Of a DNA stretch of 47,972 nucleotides, positions 26,096-36,200 are shown piece by piece. The stretch is taken from positions 1-47,972 of the IMG/VR virus record IMGVR_UViG_3300027690_000149, one strand, 5' to 3'. The DNA is from a virus. Its lineage: Duplodnaviria > Caudoviricetes. The translations under genes were made by a program, and so were the position numbers. Position 1 is the first letter of the stretch; the number at the start of each line of letters is the position of its first letter. Below the pieces are notes generated by a model. The model saw only the letters and a program-made list of their open reading frames with translations. It was not told the origin of the DNA and made no database searches.

Positions 26096-27682
26096 ATGAA
26101 CGTCGCCACATTTCTCAAGATCCACAAGAGAGCCGAGAGCAGGATCTTGAGAGCGTTCAGCATCCCTTCTGGAGAAGAAGCGTACAGAGGGAAGAAGATC
26201 TCAATAGACCACACGGCAATCATGAACGCCCTCGAGGCCGTCTTTCTTTTGTCGAAGGCGTTGTCCATCTATGACTTGAAGCGGAGAGAAAAGCGGAAAA
26301 GAAACATTAGGCAGTACAGCGAAGACGATCTTCTTTCGGATATCCTGAAGGCGATAGATTTCAGAGAATACGAGAATATAGCGAAGCGGCCGGTTAGGGA
26401 GATAAGAGAAGATCCTATGTCTTATTTGAAGCCTTCTCCTTTTGTCAACGAGTTCTTGAAAGAATACACTTTCACACTCTCAGAGCCTTTCGAAAGACAC
26501 TCGAGGGAAGTCGAAGAGACAGTCCGAAGGGGAATGTACGAGGGAAAGGCCTATCTCGATATAGCGGAGGACCTTGAGAAGGTTATGGGCGGCTACTTGA
26601 ACAGGGCCGACGTAATCGCAACAACCGAGAGTACCAGGGCATTTTCCCTGGGGATCCTGGACGCGGGAATAGAATCACCCGTAACAGACGGCTTCCAGTT
26701 TGTCTCAGTAATGGACAACCACACTACAGAGATCTGCTCCCAGAGAGATCACATGATCATTCCAAAAGAGGACGCGAACCTCCTGGCGGAAAACACTCCG
26801 CCGCTTCACCCTCGCTGCAGGAGCACCCTTGTTCCTCACACGATTTACGATCCTAAAAGGAAGGCGCTCACAAGAGAAGAGTTGGAAAGGATACATAGAG
26901 AGTTTCCAGAAGCGATTCCTGTAAACAGACAGGTCGACAGAGACGTTGTAAAGGCCCTTATAAGCAGTAGAAAGAGGACTCCTATCTTGCTGGTCACCGA
27001 AGACATCAAGAGGATCGTGGAAAAGGCCAAGGAGCTTTCTCCTGAAGAATATGCAAGGCAGGTCCTGGGGGTAGAATGTGATTACCGGGGAATAGACGAG
27101 AGCCTTGCCGAAGAAATAAACGAGGTCCTCGAAGAACTGAAGGAAAAGTACCCGCAGATCTGGGAGCAGTTCGGAGGAGTCACCTCAACTCAACATTCAA
27201 GAGCGGCGTGGACGGAGTTCTTTGAGAGTAGGTACCCTGACGCTTCTCCGAGGCAGATAGCGGACGTGGTAGGCAGACAGCTGAGATCGGTCAAGCCCAA
27301 TGTGATCGCTTACACCGCTCCGGGGTTCAAGAAGATCGTTGTCAAAAGCTCCTTCTGGAAGAACGCGAGTGAGTTCCAGGAGATATTGCGGGATCAGTTT
27401 GAAAAAGGGTGGCTGTGTACCAATACACCCAGAGGTTCCATAGCTCATGAGTTTGGTCACAAGGTGAAGTACTTCCTGGATGACGCGGGAAAGAAAAGAG
27501 AGTTCACTTCATGGGTCACGAGAATGAGAGAAGAGAAGGGAATCACTCTTGGAGACGTATCGAGATATGCCAGAGATTGTGGACATGATGAAGCTTTTGC
27601 GGAGCTCTTTGCGGGATATACTACCGGGAGAAAGGAAGAGGTCTTCGTGTTATTAGGCGAATGGTTGAAGGGGGTGCTATAG
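26096..27682 (+). CDS. MuF (SPP1 gp7-like) minor head protein with C-terminal zincin metallopeptidase domain
   Basis: IATTESTRA, D.HTTEIC, PPLHPRCRS; C-terminal HEFGH...SRYA...EAFAE. Confidence 0.88.
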   Translation: MNVATFLKIHKRAESRILRAFSIPSGEEAYRGKKISIDHTAIMNALEAVFLLSKALSIYDLKRREKRKRNIRQYSEDDLLSDILKAIDFREYENIAKRPVREIREDPMSYLKPSPFVNEFLKEYTFTLSEPFERHSREVEETVRRGMYEGKAYLDIAEDLEKVMGGYLNRADVIATTESTRAFSLGILDAGIESPVTDGFQFVSVMDNHTTEICSQRDHMIIPKEDANLLAENTPPLHPRCRSTLVPHTIYDPKRKALTREELERIHREFPEAIPVNRQVDRDVVKALISSRKRTPILLVTEDIKRIVEKAKELSPEEYARQVLGVECDYRGIDESLAEEINEVLEELKEKYPQIWEQFGGVTSTQHSRAAWTEFFESRYPDASPRQIADVVGRQLRSVKPNVIAYTAPGFKKIVVKSSFWKNASEFQEILRDQFEKGWLCTNTPRGSIAHEFGHKVKYFLDDAGKKREFTSWVTRMREEKGITLGDVSRYARDCGHDEAFAELFAGYTTGRKEEVFVLLGEWLKGVL

Positions 27683-27855
27683 TGCAGTTTCAAATACCCG
27701 ATTGGTGGGACGAATGGGTTGTGATCGATGAAGAAAAGCTCATGAAGGGTGAAGACGGTTGGTCTCTCAAAGAGGGGGCACCGGCAAGAGTAAAGAGAGA
27801 ATTCAAGGCGACTATTAAGATGATAAAGATGTCACAATCTCCGCACAAAGACTAG
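27682..27855 (+). CDS. Small protein downstream of MuF (candidate immunity protein)
   Basis: TAGTG overlap; W.LKEGAP motif; followed by a terminator. Confidence 0.6.
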   Translation: MQFQIPDWWDEWVVIDEEKLMKGEDGWSLKEGAPARVKREFKATIKMIKMSQSPHKD

Positions 27856-27876
27856 AATGTGAAGAAGATAATGCTC

Positions 27877-27900
27877 AGGAGGCGAAAGCCTCCTTTTCTT
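27877..27900 (+). terminator. Rho-independent terminator
   Basis: AGGAGGC-GAAA-GCCTCCT followed by TTTCTT. Confidence 0.75.
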
Positions 27901-27913
27901 TTGGAGGCTAGTG

Positions 27914-28069
27914 ATGTATGTGATTATCGACGATGAACAAGATAAGGGTTACTTCCAAATCATTGACAAAGAAAGACTTCGAAATTCAGATCTCCTCATT
28001 GTCCCGTTCGGCTTCCCAACGATCACGCAGGCCTTCAAGTGGCTTAACAGCAACTACCTAATCTGTTGA
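27914..28069 (+). CDS. 51-aa hypothetical protein
   Basis: GGAGG RBS; MYVIIDDEQDKGYFQII...; fills the gap before the protease gene. Confidence 0.55.
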   Translation: MYVIIDDEQDKGYFQIIDKERLRNSDLLIVPFGFPTITQAFKWLNSNYLIC

Positions 28070-28079
28070 GGTGAAAAGA

Positions 28080-28994
28080 ATGATAGAGAAATATCTTGCA
28101 GAAATCGCTAAGACCGGCGGCTTCTGGTATCGCCTCCTGCCATACATGGAATTTGAGGATCCCAGATATGGAAAGGTCTCACTGACAAAAGAACTGGCTC
28201 AGAAGATCGAGGAAAACTTCAAGAACGGGGTCCCGGCGTATGAGCTCTCACTGGACATAGAACACGGGAAAAGTCCGAACCATCCGGGTGCTTATGGAAA
28301 GATCTCTAAGGTGGAGGCCAGAGAGGACGGCCTCTGGGTCTACTCAGAACCGGACGAAGAGGGTGTGGAGCTAATAAAGCGAAAGAAGTTCAAATACATG
28401 AGCGCAACTTACGCTGAGAAATACATGGACAAGAAGACGGGCAAAGACGCGGGGCCGGTCCTCAGGGGAGCTGCCCTCACTAACATGCCGGCGGTACCGG
28501 ATATGGAGCAGATAGTCTACTTTTCAGAATTTGAGAAAGAGGAGGAAGAAGAAATGGACTTCAAAGATCTCTATGAAAAGTCCCAGAAGGAACTTACAGA
28601 TCTTCGAACGGAAAGGGACAAGAAAGAGAAGGAACTCTCAGAAACCCTCGCTTCGGTGAACAAGGAACTCTCGGAAACCAAGACAAAGCTCGAGGCCCTT
28701 GAGAAAGAGAAGAAGGAAGCCGAAGAGAAGCACTTCTCTGAGAAAGTAAGCAACTGGGCAAAGGGCTGGACCGACAAGGGAGTCATGCCGGCCGTCCTCG
28801 AGAAGATCAAACCGCAACTCAAGAAAGAAGAGGACATGAAGTTCTTCGATGACATTCTCGAGAACACTGAGAAAGTCCCGCTTGGCCAGAGCGGATCGCA
28901 AACTGGTGGCGAAGACGAGCTCAAGAAGATTGCCGACGGAATAGCCGGCAGAGTGAACAAACAATCGCAAAAGGGAGTGAAAAGGAATGCCTGA
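28080..28994 (+). CDS. Mu gpI-like prohead protease / scaffold
   Basis: LDIEH, AYG.I, DGLW, FKYMSA, AALTNMPA; coiled-coil C-terminus. Confidence 0.88.
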   Translation: MIEKYLAEIAKTGGFWYRLLPYMEFEDPRYGKVSLTKELAQKIEENFKNGVPAYELSLDIEHGKSPNHPGAYGKISKVEAREDGLWVYSEPDEEGVELIKRKKFKYMSATYAEKYMDKKTGKDAGPVLRGAALTNMPAVPDMEQIVYFSEFEKEEEEEMDFKDLYEKSQKELTDLRTERDKKEKELSETLASVNKELSETKTKLEALEKEKKEAEEKHFSEKVSNWAKGWTDKGVMPAVLEKIKPQLKKEEDMKFFDDILENTEKVPLGQSGSQTGGEDELKKIADGIAGRVNKQSQKGVKRNA

Positions 28995-29562
28995 AGGGAT
29001 AAGTTATCAGGACAGCAGTTTCAAAAAGGTAGTCTCTCTGGTTCATCCCGATGTCAGACAGAGCTTCAATGTTTTGGGCGGAGTCGGCGGATCGAAGATC
29101 GAAGCGGGGACTATCTTTGGAAAGATAACCAGCGGAGAAGATGCGGGAAAAGTCAGGCCTCTGGGTCTTACCTACATAACTCAGACTGAGGCAGAAGCAG
29201 CCAGCACTTTTCTAGTGGCGGATGCTTCTGTGCTCAAAGTAGGAGACTCGATAAAGATCACGGCCGATGGTGATGCTTTGACTATCACCGCGGTCGATAC
29301 GGAGAACAACACCTTCTCAATCGCCACTGAGGACGCTTTGACAGCGACCGAGAACGACGAAGTGATTGTCCAGGACGGTTCTGATGAGGCCTTCGCGGTT
29401 TCGGTCGAGCCGATAGATGTCGCTGGCGCCGCCCAGCCAGTCTCCCTGCTAATCCACGGAGCCGTGTACGAGGAAGCGATCACCAACCTTCTTCTCGCGA
29501 CACAGCTAGCCAGCGCGAAGAGTGAGCTTTTCGCGAGGCTCTGGTTCATCGAATCATACTAA
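28987..29562 (+). CDS. Head decoration protein
   Basis: Lies between protease and capsid; I.AGT..GKIT and IHGAVYE patterns. Confidence 0.65.
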   Translation: MPEGISYQDSSFKKVVSLVHPDVRQSFNVLGGVGGSKIEAGTIFGKITSGEDAGKVRPLGLTYITQTEAEAASTFLVADASVLKVGDSIKITADGDALTITAVDTENNTFSIATEDALTATENDEVIVQDGSDEAFAVSVEPIDVAGAAQPVSLLIHGAVYEEAITNLLLATQLASAKSELFARLWFIESY

Positions 29563-29577
29563 TAAGGAGTGAACAGA

Positions 29578-30594
29578 ATGGCAACTATACCAGATGTCTT
29601 TCACTACAGGACATTGACCGAAGCCATAAAGCAGATCAAACCGGTCCCGAGGCTTCTTGTGGACCTGCTCCTCAAGAGCTCGAGGTCAAATCCGGCCAAG
29701 TACGCCGCGACGAAGACCATTGAGTTCGATATCAAGAGAGTGGGACCGATCCTTCCGAGATTCGTGAAGAGGACGAGCCCGGCGCCTGCCAGAAACCTAA
29801 AGAACTACACCCACGTGGCACTTGAGCCACCCACGGTGAAGTTCTACGACGACATAACCTACGACGAAATCTGGACTATGAGGGATGCTGGAGAACCGCT
29901 CACCCAGGTCCAGATGGATCATCTCAGCAACTGGATAGCGGACACTCAGAAGGAGCAGAGAGAGTCTATAACTGCAGCCTGGGAGTGGATGCTCGCCCAG
30001 ATCCTCTTGACGGGAAAGGTCACCTATTCGGGAACCGACACGAAGTTCGATTACGACTTCAAGATGGACTCGGGCTTCATGGGAGAATCTTCCGACTGGT
30101 CAGATCCGACTTCGAAGGCTCCTCTCACGGATCTCAGAGAATGGAGAGTCGAGATGGCAAAAGAGACGGGAGTCATGCCTACACTTGCATTCGTCACACC
30201 CGACGTTGCCAAGGTTCTCATAGAGAATTCTGCTCTCGAGAAACTTATGGACAACAGAAGGATCGAAGCCGGAAATCTTACCTATGACTTCCCGTTCATA
30301 GGGAACATCCAGGGCCTGAACATCTATGAGTTCAATGAAACCATAGTGAATGAAGCCGATTCAGAAGTCGATCTCCACGGAGACGATGATCTCTGCATTC
30401 TCACCTCTCCAGAACTCTTCAAGCCCTTCTACGCTGCTTCATTTAGCGAGAACGGGCCGGTCCTGGGAGAGATCTACTCTTACTCAGAGAACATTGTGAA
30501 TCCCGGAGGGAAGAGAGTCTTCGCCGAGAGCCATGGCCTTCCTGTGATACTTCATTCAAAGGGTGTCATAAAAGCTGCAATTACAGTGGCCTAA
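29578..30594 (+). CDS. Major capsid protein (lambda gpE-like)
   Basis: LTEAI, EWM.AQ.L.TGKV, D.DF, W.DP...PL.DL, AES..LP. Confidence 0.88.
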   Translation: MATIPDVFHYRTLTEAIKQIKPVPRLLVDLLLKSSRSNPAKYAATKTIEFDIKRVGPILPRFVKRTSPAPARNLKNYTHVALEPPTVKFYDDITYDEIWTMRDAGEPLTQVQMDHLSNWIADTQKEQRESITAAWEWMLAQILLTGKVTYSGTDTKFDYDFKMDSGFMGESSDWSDPTSKAPLTDLREWRVEMAKETGVMPTLAFVTPDVAKVLIENSALEKLMDNRRIEAGNLTYDFPFIGNIQGLNIYEFNETIVNEADSEVDLHGDDDLCILTSPELFKPFYAASFSENGPVLGEIYSYSENIVNPGGKRVFAESHGLPVILHSKGVIKAAITVA

Positions 30595-30607
30595 GGGCTG
30601 ATGCCTT

Positions 30608-30970
30608 ATGATCGACGTTGATGCTTTTGTCCTAAGCTTTCCCGAAAGTATAAGGGCAAAGATAGTCGATGATGTCTTAGAAGCGGTCGAGGGTTTCCTC
30701 TCTGAAGGGGAGACCCTTTCTTCTTCTATCGAGGCATCTGACAAGGTCAAGGAAAAACTAGCGATTCTTTATGCAAAAGCCCAAACCTATGAGAAGCTTT
30801 CAATGCTAGAGCTCGCTCAGAACACTTTTGCACAGTATTCTCAGCTTGTAGCCCAGGTCCAGGCAGAGAGAAGGCTGAATATACAGATGCCTTCTTCAGT
30901 TCCCGGTCCGGGCTTTTCGATGAATACCGCTCAGCAGTTGTTCAAAGATGAAGACATAGAGAAGTGGTGA
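30608..30970 (+). CDS. Head-tail adaptor (putative)
   Basis: Position, size and helical character. Confidence 0.5.
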   Translation: MIDVDAFVLSFPESIRAKIVDDVLEAVEGFLSEGETLSSSIEASDKVKEKLAILYAKAQTYEKLSMLELAQNTFAQYSQLVAQVQAERRLNIQMPSSVPGPGFSMNTAQQLFKDEDIEKW

Positions 30971-30973
30971 TCT

Positions 30974-31426
30974 ATGCGAATCGAAGTCAGGACCGAAGAA
31001 CTCGACAGGCTCTTGAATCAATATCAGAAAAAGCTTGGTGACCTAACACCCGTGATGAGGGACAGCGCCAACGTGATGCACTCCTCTGTCCAGAGAAACT
31101 TCGAAGAAGGCGGGAGACCTGACAAGTGGCCGGATCTTGCCGAAAGCACGAAGAGGTACAAGGCCAAGCATAAAGGTACACCTTACCCGATGCTCGTATT
31201 CTCTGTGAACGTTCCTTCATCTAGAGGTGGGAGAGGCTACCGGACCAAGAAGCTGAGACAGAGCATACACCCTCAGTGGGGAAGAGGCCACGCAAAAGTT
31301 GCTACAAATGTTGACTACGCAGTCTATCACCAGGAGGGATACGGTGTTCCTGAAAGGCCTTTCATGGTCTGGCAGGCTCAGGATATAAAGAACATCGAAG
31401 ATCTCTTCGGGAGGTATCTGAAATGA
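30974..31426 (+). CDS. Virion morphogenesis protein (Mu gpG / P2 gpS-like)
   Basis: NFE.GGRP.KW.DL..ST; TNVDYA.YHQ.G; PERPF. Confidence 0.85.
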   Translation: MRIEVRTEELDRLLNQYQKKLGDLTPVMRDSANVMHSSVQRNFEEGGRPDKWPDLAESTKRYKAKHKGTPYPMLVFSVNVPSSRGGRGYRTKKLRQSIHPQWGRGHAKVATNVDYAVYHQEGYGVPERPFMVWQAQDIKNIEDLFGRYLK

Positions 31427-31887
31427 CTGAAGAGCAGCTGATACACGTTAGGGAGACAATTCTAGATTCCTTAGAACAGTTTCTGATTGACAACGGCCTG
31501 AAGGAAGTGCTGCAGGTGCCGCATATTGAATTCGTCCGTCACGCTCCGAAATTAGATGTCTGGGATCACTTTCCGGCCGTCGTGATTTCCCCATCGACTT
31601 CCCAGCCTCTGGAAGGCGTGGGCGTGAGAAACCTGCGAGAATTCATGGTTGAAATCACCGCGCTCTTCAAGTCAGAGTGGTTCGACTGGGAGATACAGAG
31701 GCAGCAGCTGAGGTTTTCGGGCTTCATGCACGCTAAGTGCGGCTCAATAAGATTTCCTGTGATAGACGGTGATGTCACGAGGTACTACCTGTGTACTTTC
31801 GAAGACGAAAGCTATTTAGACTACTCTGAGCTTCCTGACTACCAGGTCAAAGCGGTCGGCGTCAGGTTGAAGTTCAGGATCCAGTAA
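31423..31887 (+). CDS. Tail terminator/completion protein (putative)
   Basis: Position before the tail tube gene; FPAVVI motif. Confidence 0.55.
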   Translation: MTEEQLIHVRETILDSLEQFLIDNGLKEVLQVPHIEFVRHAPKLDVWDHFPAVVISPSTSQPLEGVGVRNLREFMVEITALFKSEWFDWEIQRQQLRFSGFMHAKCGSIRFPVIDGDVTRYYLCTFEDESYLDYSELPDYQVKAVGVRLKFRIQ

Positions 31888-31895
31888 AGGAGTGA

Positions 31896-32708
31896 ATGAC
31901 AATGGCTCTTACCGGAGCTGATGTATATGCAAGAATCACAAAAGATCTTACAACGTACGATTGTGGCCTTGTCTCGGACGTGAAGCCTTCTATAAAGACC
32001 AGTACCCTCCAGAGGACAGGTATAGGCAACGTGAAGAGGGCGAGAATCAATGCCCACGACTATGAGGCTTCATGGAGTGGAGATGTGCCGGACGGCGTTC
32101 TTCTCGCGGCGCTTCTCGGAAAAGACAACGTCTTTGATGTCCAGGTTCACGACATCGAACTGCTTAACGCAGTTGTGAAATCGTTGAGGCTGGCCTTTGA
32201 CGAGAGAAACCCTCTCACATACGCTGTGGACTTCGTTGGAGAAGACATGGACAGCATAACCGCCCTGACAGAGGCCGACATGGAACACGTCAAGGGATTC
32301 TTTGTCATGTCGGACGCCACGATAAACTTCAGCGGATCCGCCAACACAGTAGTAAAAGCCGACATAGCCGCATCCAGAGAAGTAGAAGCGGTAAGGGGAG
32401 CTTCTCTCGATCCACAGGATTTCTCAAAAGGTCCTTTCATATTCGAAGGGACAATCACGGTGTCGCCATCGGCATCGTTCGCAGACGTCCTGAAGGGGAA
32501 GTGGCTTCCCTCAGACACTCCGTTCACGTTCAGCGCGGCCTTCTCTGCCCAGTTCTACGACGAAGCAGGCGATCCTTACGCTTCGCCGACCACCGTCACG
32601 ATCTCATGCAGCGGAATGGTAGCTAGCGAAACTTCGGTGAGTCTAGGATCGACTGGTCCCGTTGAGATCCCGATAAAGATGAGCATCGAAGCTGTGACGG
32701 TATCATAA
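31896..32708 (+). CDS. Major tail (tube) protein
   Basis: Position; beta-rich acidic sequence; no sheath gene present. Confidence 0.65.
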   Translation: MTMALTGADVYARITKDLTTYDCGLVSDVKPSIKTSTLQRTGIGNVKRARINAHDYEASWSGDVPDGVLLAALLGKDNVFDVQVHDIELLNAVVKSLRLAFDERNPLTYAVDFVGEDMDSITALTEADMEHVKGFFVMSDATINFSGSANTVVKADIAASREVEAVRGASLDPQDFSKGPFIFEGTITVSPSASFADVLKGKWLPSDTPFTFSAAFSAQFYDEAGDPYASPTTVTISCSGMVASETSVSLGSTGPVEIPIKMSIEAVTVS

Positions 32709-32719
32709 GGAGGGAGCCT

Positions 32720-33151
32720 ATGCCGAAAGTGAACCATGAAATCATCACACCTTTCTACAGAAGGACCGTAAAAATCGGTGGCTGCAACATCACCTTCAAA
32801 CCACTCCCGGGCTCGAAAGTGTATCTCTTGAGTCCTGCTCTTAAGCTTGCTCCAAAGCTCGACAAGGGCGGACTTGAGCTCACTCCTGAAGAGATCGACG
32901 CAGCTCTCACGCTCTGTGAGACTGTGATCGATAAATGGGACTTCGCTCCAGAAGGGAAAGAACCAGTCGAAGTGTCGAAGGAAAACATCGGTCTCTTTCC
33001 ATTTGCCGACCTGATGCTAATCTTTGGAAACGCGATCAGAATGGCATTCCCGAAGGGCGATCTCAGCGATTTTCAGAAAGGCTCCGAAAAGGAGCCAAAG
33101 ACGACTACGAAATCCTTATCTGGAAAGTCTTCGCGCAATCAGCCTGGCTAA
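32720..33151 (+). CDS. Tail assembly chaperone (gpG-like)
   Basis: Lies between tail tube and tape measure; overlapped by a -1 frame ORF that runs to 33246. Confidence 0.7.
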   Translation: MPKVNHEIITPFYRRTVKIGGCNITFKPLPGSKVYLLSPALKLAPKLDKGGLELTPEEIDAALTLCETVIDKWDFAPEGKEPVEVSKENIGLFPFADLMLIFGNAIRMAFPKGDLSDFQKGSEKEPKTTTKSLSGKSSRNQPG

Positions 33152-33229
33152 TAGGGAGTTTGCCCTGGGGCTGGGATACTCCTCTTATAACGATCATAAA
33201 ACTAAGCAAGACTCAAGGAGAGATGCTGT

Positions 33230-36200
33230 ATGGCGGCAAAAGCTGAAGTATCAATAGTCCTCAGAGCGGTCAACTACGCTTCTGAAGAACTGAATAAAGT
33301 CAAGCAGCAGACTCAGGGTCTCAGAGAAGTAGGTGCTCAGCTTCAGCAGACCGGTCTTACAATGATGGGCTGGGGAACTGCTATCGCCGCTCCGTTTGGT
33401 CTTGCCTTGAAACAGTTCATTGGCTTTGAGGAAGAGATGAGGAACGTAAACGCCGTCATGCAGGGAACCGAAGAAGACTTTCAGGCTCTTTCAAAGACAA
33501 TAAACGATGTAGCCATGAACTCCTCGTTTATGACGAGCGAGATCGCATCGGCCGCTTATGCGCTGGCTTCTGCGGGAAAGAAGAGAGTCGAGATAGAAGC
33601 AATGATAGGACCCGTCTCGAACCTCGCGGAAGCTATGCACTCTGAACTGAGACCGACCGCGGAGCTTGTGACCGACACGCTCGACCAGTTCGGCATGACT
33701 GCAGAAGAGACTGCCAGGGTAGTCGATATTTTTGCGACTTCGGTAGGCAGCTCTCCGGAGACTCTGGAAAGGCTCGCTTACGGAATGAGATACGCCGGTT
33801 CAACTGCGGCCGGATTCGACTACTCTCTCGAAGAGACAGTCGCAGCCCTCATGGCCTTTGAGACCGCGGGTATCCACGGGGAGCAGGCCGGGACGACGTT
33901 CAGAAATGCCCTGGCAAGACTGGCAGCGCCAACCAGTCAGGTTACTGAAGCTCTACAGAAGTACGGTCTCACAATTGATCAGGTGAATCCAGCCCTGCAC
34001 TCCTTTGTCGAGATCCTTGAGACGATGAGAAGAGCAGGGGTCGACACTACCGGTGCATATGAGATCTTTGGCACAGAAATCGGTGGAAGGATGGCGGCTG
34101 CCATTTCGACCGGAGTCGAGAAGATCAAAGAGTTCACTACAACGCTTGAGGATTCAGCGGGAGCGGCCGAGAGAATGAAGGAAGAACAGCTGAGCTCTCT
34201 TGCCGGGCAGTTCAAGCTACTGAAGTCGTCTCTCGAGTCTCTTGGAAACTCCTTCGCGGCCTTGTTCAAAGACGAAGTTAGTAACGCAATCAACTGGATT
34301 AGAGATCTTGCCAACTGGTTGAACAACCTTGATGAAGGCACTAAGAAGCTGATTGTGAACGTAGCCAAGTGGGGCTCCATTCTCCTCATTGGAGCGGGAG
34401 CTGTCAACTTCCTTACAGGAACCGTGATGAAGACGATTGCCTCCTTCAAAAACTGGGGAGCGATTCTCGGAAGTTTAATCAAGCTGATCTCGGGAAAGGC
34501 AGCAGCGGCGGGAGCGGCTGGACAGGCACTGACCACTCTTTCAGGGACCGCAGGAAAGACTGGAGTCTCGCTGGCCGGAATAGGTTCTTCAGTGGGAGGA
34601 CTAGGCGCGAAACTGTTAGCCTTCGCGACCGGACCGGTAGGGATAACGATCGCGGCTATCGCAGGTATAACTGCCGGGTCAATCGCTCTGTACAAGGTAA
34701 TGGACGACCTCTCGAAGGACTGGTTCTCATCTGACCTTGAGAAGGCACTGAACCAGACGAGAGAAGCTGCAGACGGGACAGTTGAGACAATGGAAGAGGT
34801 CTCCAGGAAGTTTTCGACTCTGTCTTCAACTGCGGAGAACGAGAGCAACAGGCTATCGGGAACCATATCTGGCACCTTCATGCAACTGCAGGCAGCGGTG
34901 CAGGGCTTTGATGTCATAAACTCGACGGTCGCTGTGAAGTCGGCTATGAATATGCAGAAGATTGCGGAAGAGGCCGGTTACACAGGAAACGCTTTCAGAG
35001 ATCTGGCTAAAGAATTCTCTGAAAGTCTGACTCTCTCAAGTGATGAAGTCGTTGAAAAGCTCAGAAGAGTCATGGATGAAGTCGACTCGGTCGCTCTGGA
35101 TACCGAAGCGACTAACAAGAGGATTTCGACCGCGGTGGAAGAGGCTAACCAGTCGATGGTTAACACCACCCGGGAGACACAGTCTGTTCTGGCGAATCTT
35201 TCAAGTTCGTACGATGAAGCAGCAAAGTCAGTAATCGAAGCCACTAGCCAGCAGGTGAGAGCGATAGATACGGTTCAGCTTCAGGCCGTGGGTTCGACTG
35301 AGGCCTTTGTTACCATGATGGAGACACAAAAAACTGCGGCGACAGAGGCATCCAATGAAATAGGTCTCGCGCTTGCTAGAGTGGCCGTGAGCATGTCCGA
35401 GCAGGGAAAGCTGTCTAAAGACCAGGTGGCAGGCATAAATGAACTATTGGATGAATACGCAAGACTTTCCGAAGAACTGGATACCGTTTCAGAACACTTT
35501 GGAGCGAATTCCTCACAGGCTATGTCTCTGAAAAGCAGCCTGAATACTCTCAAAGAAGAGATTGCTGAACTGGGCTGGTCCGCCGGCGAGAGTGCCGTGA
35601 GGTTCGGCAACGTAAATGAAGTACTCCAGGAGACCGCGAAGGAAGTCGAGAAGACCGGGGGGAACATAAACGACTTCCTGTTCGGATCGGACAACCTCGA
35701 AGCTACGAACGTCGAGGTCTTCGAACGGGTTAGAGACCAGTTCAAGGGAACGGAGAAAGACTCGATAGCTCTCGTCAACGCCTTCCAGAAGCTCACAAAA
35801 CCCGCCAAGATGTTCGGCAATGAAGTCGATGTCATGGGGGTTGCGATGGCCGACTTCGGCGTTGAACTAATGAAGAACAATGTACTTGTCACGCACCAGA
35901 CCGAATGGTTATCAACTCTCGCTAATTCGATAGCTCAGACAAGGGAAGAGTACAGGGAAGCTGTCAAGCAATACGGGGAGAACTCAGAAGAAGCGACCAA
36001 ACTCAAAGAAGCCCTCCAGGAACTAGAGGTCATCTACGGAAGGCAGGGAAAGGCGGCTGCACAGTCGATCTTCGACACATACGGTTTCGGTGAGACTCTA
36101 GTCTACCTTAGAGAAAACCTCGGTCTTACCGGGGAGGCCTTGGCCAAGATGCTAGGTATCGCTGACTCAAAGGTCCTCAGTTCCGATGCGGCGGCTATTA

